From NCBI GenBank assembly GCA_031283085.1, contig JAITCM010000081.1, positions 1 through 11,393 of the forward strand: a stretch of DNA of 11,393 bases, in the 5' to 3' direction. Position numbers and translations under genes: made by a program. The notes below the pieces were generated by a model. The model did not search any database and was not told the DNA's origin. It was given only the letters and a program-made list of their open reading frames with translations. Shown here piece by piece: positions 7,575 through 11,393 of this stretch (positions are counted from its first letter, which is position 1; every line of letters starts with the position of its first letter). Source of the stretch: Chitinispirillales bacterium (GTDB taxonomy: Bacteria; Fibrobacterota; Chitinivibrionia; Chitinivibrionales; Chitinispirillaceae).

Positions 7575-8359
7575 TACTTCCGAATCGGCCTGACGTTCAC
7601 GCCGTTTTCCGCCAAATACTCTTTTAGTTCCATGACCGGATAATTTCTCTCCATTCTGGGCGAGTAGAGCATGGAGCTTATAATGGCCGCCTGCGTCTCC
7701 GTTTCGGTGAAGACCGTTTTCAGGTGCTCCGGCTTTCCGGCTCCGCCGGAGGCTATCAGGGGGAGCGATACGGCTGACTGCGCCAGCTTCATTAGTTCAA
7801 TGTCGTAGCCGCCCAGCGTGCCGTCGTTGTCTATGCTGTTTAGGCAGACTTCGCCGGCGCCTAAGCCCTGCCCGCGCTTTATCCACTCGACCGCGTCCAT
7901 GCCTGTCGCCGTCCGCGCCCCGTCGATGTAGACCTCGTAGCCGCTCGGCATCCCCTCCGTCCTCTTTACCTGTGTGGAGAGCACGACGCACTGCGACCCG
8001 AAAGCCCTGGCGCCGTCGGCTATGATTTGCGGGTTCCGTACGGCCATGGAATCGACGCTCACCTTCTCCGCGCCGGCTTTGAGCGCCTCGTACATATCGT
8101 CCAGGTTTTTTAGCCCCCCGCCGACGGTGAACGGGATGAAGACGCGGCCCGCGACCTCCTTCACCGTATCGATGTCGATGCGGCGCCTTTCGGCGCTTGC
8201 CGTTATGTCGTAGAAGATGAGTTCGTCTATCTGCTCCTCGTACATGGTACCGGCGAGCTCTCCGGCTGGCGCCACGCGGATATTGTCCTGGAAGCGCACC
8301 GCCTTTGTAACCATGCCGTCGACGATGTCGAAACACGCTATCAGCCGTTTTGTCAGCAT
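7574..8359 (-). CDS. hisF: Imidazole glycerol phosphate synthase cyclase subunit HisF
   Basis: MLTKRLIACFDIVDGMVTKAVRFQ... and the C-terminal SGGAG phosphate-binding motif match HisF. Start chosen at the ATG at 8359 by alignment to canonical HisF N-termini. The track's TTG at 8377 is also possible. Confidence 0.88.
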   Translation of the reverse strand: MLTKRLIACFDIVDGMVTKAVRFQDNIRVAPAGELAGTMYEEQIDELIFYDITASAERRRIDIDTVKEVAGRVFIPFTVGGGLKNLDDMYEALKAGAEKVSVDSMAVRNPQIIADGARAFGSQCVVLSTQVKRTEGMPSGYEVYIDGARTATGMDAVEWIKRGQGLGAGEVCLNSIDNDGTLGGYDIELMKLAQSAVSLPLIASGGAGKPEHLKTVFTETETQAAIISSMLYSPRMERNYPVMELKEYLAENGVNVRPIRK

Positions 8360-8469
8360 ATATCGGTCGATTCTCAAGTGTTTATATTGAACCGCGTAAT
8401 ACCATGAATCAATATAATAAATCGCGGCTTAAAAATCAAAATCTTTAAAGGGCATCTCTAAAAAAGGTA

Positions 8470-8547
8470 CATAGTTCTGGATTGCTTCGCTTCGCTCGCA
8501 ATGACCGTCATAGTTCTGGATTGCTTCGCAACGCTTGCAATGACCGC
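8470..8547. repeat. Tandem direct repeat, 2 copies of 39 bp: CATAGTTCTGGATTGCTTCGC-(TTCGCTCGC|AACGCTTGC)-AATGACCG
   Basis: Read directly. The copies lie at 8470-8508 and 8509-8547 and differ only in a central 9-nt block. Confidence 0.8.
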
Positions 8548-8627
8548 CATTGCCTTGCGGCGAGATAAACAGGTTGCGAGGCGCAAAGCGCCGAAGCAAC
8601 GTGTGTATATCGGCGAAGCCAATCCAG
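8476..8627. mobile_element. MITE-like or structured element bounded by imperfect terminal inverted repeats TCTGGATTGCTTCGC / GCGAAGCCAATCCAGA
   Basis: The left TIR occurs twice, once in each tandem copy. The right TIR at 8612-8627 is its reverse complement with one extra G. The interior holds the perfect hairpin GGCGC-AAA-GCGCC at 8580-8592 and GCAATG-accgc-CATTGC. The right TIR is followed by TTTTT at 8629-8633. Confidence 0.35.
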
Positions 8628-8791
8628 ATTTTTAGAGGTTCCCTAAAATCAAAGCCCAGTTTATTCTTTCTGCGGGATGGCAGTGAATTTTTAATTTTTC
8701 ATTATTAGTATTGACTTTGAGAGTCACATATAATATCTTATTGATATATGGTAACATTACATTACACAAATAATTAAGAGGGGGGCTTTTT

Positions 8792-10240
8792 ATGAGTTCA
8801 GTTACGGTTTTTCTATACGCCGCGGCTTCTGTTTTCGCGTTAATTATTTTGATTTGGGTTTTATCCAAGCGCCGGATTGTGGCGCCTAATGTCGTGCATA
8901 TCGTGCAGCAGGGCAAAAGGACTATCTCTTACGGTTCCGGCAAACCGGCCGGCAATGTCTATTACAGATGGCCCAGCTGGTTGCCCATCATAGGCATAAC
9001 CGTCCGCGAGCTGCCGGTGTCCAACTTCGATTTGGATTTGACGGAGTACGACGCTTACGATAAGGACAGGCTGCCGTTCAAGGTGGACATCAAGGCGTTC
9101 TTCTCTATATCGGATACCAACATCGCCGCCGCCAAAGTGGAGTCTTTTGAGGAGTTGAAGGTTCATTTATCGGGCATAGTGCAGGGCGCGGTCCGCTCGA
9201 TACTCGCAAAATCCGATTTGGAAACCATAATGAGCGAGCGCTCCCAGTACGGCCAGGCGTTCACGAGTTCGGTTATAGAAAACCTTATGCAGTGGGGTGT
9301 TCAATGCACCAAAAACATAGAACTTATGGACGTGAGGGACGCGTCCGGCTCGCGGGTCATAGAAAACATCATGGCAAAAAAGAAATCGGATATTGAGAAA
9401 GATTCCCGCATAGTGGTGGCGGAAAACAATCAAAAGGCTTCACAGGCGGAAATTGAGGCGAATCAGATAATTGAAGTCCGTCAGGCCGACGCGTTCCAAA
9501 AAGTGGGCGAGAAAAAAGCCGAGTCGGAAAAAAATGTGGGCATTGCCCAGGAGAAATCCAAACAGGAGGTGCAGGAAGAGGCAAAACTTACGAAGACAAA
9601 AGAGATGGCCGTGTTTGAGGTGACCACAGTCCGCAAAGCCGAAATAGAAAAGAAGGCGGTGATAGTCCACGCCGAAGCGGAGAAGGAGGCGGCGATAGTC
9701 CGCGCCGAAGCGGAGAAGGAGTCCACTATCGTCAAGTCCGAAGGACAGCGCCAGAGCGTGATAGTCATATCGGAGGGTGAGAAAACATCCGCCGACAACA
9801 TCGCGTCCGCAACCAAAGCCAAGGGTTTCGCCAACGCCGAGGTTATCCAGAAAACCAAAACGGCGGAAGCCGACGGTATCAAAGCGACCAGTTTGGCGAC
9901 AGCCGAAGGAGAAAAGGCGATGCAGCTGGCGTCCGTGACCGCCCAAAAAGAGCTGGCGGCGGCCATCGGCGAAAACCAGGGCTACCAGCAATACCTGATA
10001 ACAATCAGGCAGGTGGAAGCGCAGCAGGCGATAGGGGTCGAACAGGCTAAAAATATCGGGCACGCGGACATAAAAATCATATCCAACGCCGGAACCATAG
10101 AGGAGGGGATAAGCGGGGCGACAAAGCTGTTTTCCTCCAAACTCGGTCAAAACATAGCCGCGACTCTTGAGGGTTTGGCGCAAACTGACCTGGGCCGTGC
10201 CGCGCTGGATAAGATTCTGTCGAAAGACACGAAAGCCTAA
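8792..10240 (+). CDS. Flotillin-family SPFH/Band-7 protein, FloT/YuaG-like, with an Glu/Ala-rich repeat (flotillin EA-type) coiled-coil region
   Basis: N-terminal TM helix VTVFLYAAASVFALIILIWVL is followed by an SPFH domain and a long EA-rich region (AEIEKKAVIVHAEAEKEAAIVRAEAEKESTIVKSEGQ...). Very strong RBS AAGAGGGGGG lies 6 nt upstream. A possible -35 TTGACT is at 8711-8716. Confidence 0.9.
   Translation: MSSVTVFLYAAASVFALIILIWVLSKRRIVAPNVVHIVQQGKRTISYGSGKPAGNVYYRWPSWLPIIGITVRELPVSNFDLDLTEYDAYDKDRLPFKVDIKAFFSISDTNIAAAKVESFEELKVHLSGIVQGAVRSILAKSDLETIMSERSQYGQAFTSSVIENLMQWGVQCTKNIELMDVRDASGSRVIENIMAKKKSDIEKDSRIVVAENNQKASQAEIEANQIIEVRQADAFQKVGEKKAESEKNVGIAQEKSKQEVQEEAKLTKTKEMAVFEVTTVRKAEIEKKAVIVHAEAEKEAAIVRAEAEKESTIVKSEGQRQSVIVISEGEKTSADNIASATKAKGFANAEVIQKTKTAEADGIKATSLATAEGEKAMQLASVTAQKELAAAIGENQGYQQYLITIRQVEAQQAIGVEQAKNIGHADIKIISNAGTIEEGISGATKLFSSKLGQNIAATLEGLAQTDLGRAALDKILSKDTKA
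9655..9720 (+). repeat. In-frame 33-bp tandem repeat x2 inside the flotillin gene, encoding AVIVHAEAEKE / AAIVRAEAEKE
   Basis: Units at 9655-9687 and 9688-9720 differ at 3 of 33 positions. Confidence 0.8.
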
Positions 10241-10287
10241 TGGAAGATATGGGGGCGGATAAGGTGCGGGTAAGGCAAGAAAGCAAA

Positions 10288-10320
10288 GGGGCGAGCGGCG
10301 GTTATTTTGTCCTCCGCCCC
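10288..10320 (-). terminator. Putative intrinsic terminator for hisH, possibly bidirectional between convergent flotillin and hisH
   Basis: GGGGCGAG...CTCCGCCCC forms an imperfect 8-9 bp GC stem. On the minus strand it is followed by the T-rich TTTGCTTTCTT. On the plus strand the T-run is 15 nt away. Confidence 0.35.
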
Positions 10321-10324
10321 GAAT

Positions 10325-10936
10325 TCAGTCTCCGCTTTTTAGATTGAGAAATCCGTTCAGCAGCGCGAGGCCGGCCTCGCCGCTTTTTTCCGCGTGAAAC
10401 TGGGTGGCGTAGATGTTGTCTTTGCGTACGGCCGCGGTGAACGCGCCGTCGTAGTCCGCCGTCCCCCATATAATGGACTCGTCTTTCGGTTTTGCGTGGT
10501 ACGAGTTGACGAAGTAAAAATAGTCTTCCTGTGTATTGACGGGCGTTTGCCGTGTGAATTTCACCTGATTCCATCCCATTTGGGGGACTCTGACCTTTGT
10601 TCCGTCGAACTTTACGACGCGGCCGCCGAGCCAGCCGAGGCAGTCTGCGCCGTCCTCGTCGCTGTGGTCGAAGAGCACCTGCAACCCCACGCATATACCG
10701 AGGAAGAGCGTTTTTCCGCGCAGGACGGCCTCTTCGAGGGCGGGTATCATACCCATTTCGCGCAGGGATTGCATGGTCGCCCCGGCGCTGCCCACGCCCG
10801 GCAGTATGATGTGCGTCGCGCCGCTTATGTCCCGCGGGGCGCGGGCAAAAGCCGCCTCGCGTTTGAGGCGGGATACGGCGTGCATCACGCTTGGGGCGTT
10901 TCCGGCTTTGTAGTCGATTACGGCTATTTTGTTCAT
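10325..10936 (-). CDS. hisH: Imidazole glycerol phosphate synthase glutamine amidotransferase subunit HisH
   Basis: MNKIAVIDYKAGN start, the class-I GATase nucleophile elbow GICVGLQ and the C-terminal catalytic H-x-E (TQFHAEKS) are present. Length is about 200 aa. Confidence 0.9.
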   Translation of the reverse strand: MNKIAVIDYKAGNAPSVMHAVSRLKREAAFARAPRDISGATHIILPGVGSAGATMQSLREMGMIPALEEAVLRGKTLFLGICVGLQVLFDHSDEDGADCLGWLGGRVVKFDGTKVRVPQMGWNQVKFTRQTPVNTQEDYFYFVNSYHAKPKDESIIWGTADYDGAFTAAVRKDNIYATQFHAEKSGEAGLALLNGFLNLKSGD

Positions 10937-11015
10937 AGTTTTTTTATAGATTAATTAGTGAAATGATTGAATTATCAATAGACTAATTAAAGATATATCC
11001 GCGCATTGGAAAAAA

Positions 11016-11264
11016 TCAAATAATTAAAACATTATACCTCCCCATAAGTTCCGCCGCAATCTCCGCCTCGCTCATATTGTCGGCGAATTTGTACAGTTTC
11101 ATAACGGCCCTGTCAAGGGTCTGATGCGCTTTTCGCAACGCGGGCGGCATGGCCAGCGGGTCGTATAAGTCGGCGAGAGAACTGCCGGGGAATTTTGCCC
11201 TCGCGTCTAAAACGGCTTGCGCTAATTGTTGGTTCAACTCCCGAAGTCGTTGAAAAGGTATATT
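11016..11264 (-). pseudogene. C-terminal remnant (about 82 codons) resembling the conserved tail of MmeI-family type IIL/IIG restriction-modification enzymes / class-I SAM-dependent DNA methyltransferases
   Basis: Motif SLADLYDPLAMPPALRKAHQTLDRAVMKLY recalls the ...LYDP..MP..LR.AH..LD.AV..Y C-terminal block of that family, from memory and not verified. The frame has an in-frame stop at 11265-11267 and only a TTG start at 11235-11237. No upstream body of the gene is present in the window. Confidence 0.35.
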
Positions 11265-11393
11265 TTATATAGTATCACTACCGTCCCATAGAAAAGACGC
11301 TGTTGTGAATAGCGTTGAAAAAAAAGTTGATATCGCGGAAAGCCCCGTCAGGGGCGACACGCCGGCGGTTTTACCGCCGAGCCATTAACCGGC

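Noticed and set aside
8470-8547. Possible CRISPR array
   Set aside because: There are only two directly abutting repeat copies with no spacers between them, the repeat is 39 bp with internal microrepeats, and no cas genes are present. I conclude it is not a CRISPR array.
8632-8916. 94-aa minus-strand ORF overlapping the flotillin start
   Set aside because: It is AT-rich, overlaps the strong flotillin RBS and start, and has no homology signal. The region is better explained as the flotillin promoter and 5' end.
9440-10183. 247-aa and 161-aa minus-strand ORFs inside the flotillin gene
   Set aside because: They are antisense artefacts of the low-complexity EA-repeat coding region, made of phenylalanine/leucine-rich (F/L) and Ala/Ser-rich repetitive peptides with no start context.

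Overview
The window reads as a chromosomal segment from a fairly GC-rich anaerobe, with coding regions near 55-60% GC by eye and sharply AT-rich intergenic islands. It holds housekeeping genes: a 5'-truncated accA, a carboxyltransferase-5S/biotin-carrier fusion of the OadA/PycB type, and hisF and hisH. Around these sit accessory-looking modules. (1) A minus-strand MoxR AAA+ ATPase is tightly coupled to a secreted parallel beta-helix repeat protein, with no canonical VWA or DUF58 partner. (2) A divergently transcribed plus-strand set comprises a stand-alone STAS-domain protein carrying a histone-H1-like Lys/Ala tail, then an AI-2E family transporter, then desulfoferrodoxin (superoxide reductase). 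Short direct repeats flank the dfx gene. (3) A lower-GC FloT-like flotillin gene lies on the opposite strand between hisH and hisF; no hisA is present in the window. Upstream of it is a 430-bp repeat-rich intergenic region with a tandem 39-bp duplication and MITE-like terminal inverted repeats. (4) The right edge carries a roughly 80-aa C-terminal remnant resembling an MmeI-family restriction-modification enzyme. A palindromic operator-like repeat wraps the -10 box upstream of the carboxyltransferase gene. My leading hypothesis is that MoxR/beta-helix plus STAS/AI-2E/Dfx form a divergently controlled oxidative-stress (aerotolerance-like) island with non-canonical partners. This is inference from gene content and would need homology searches and structure prediction to confirm.
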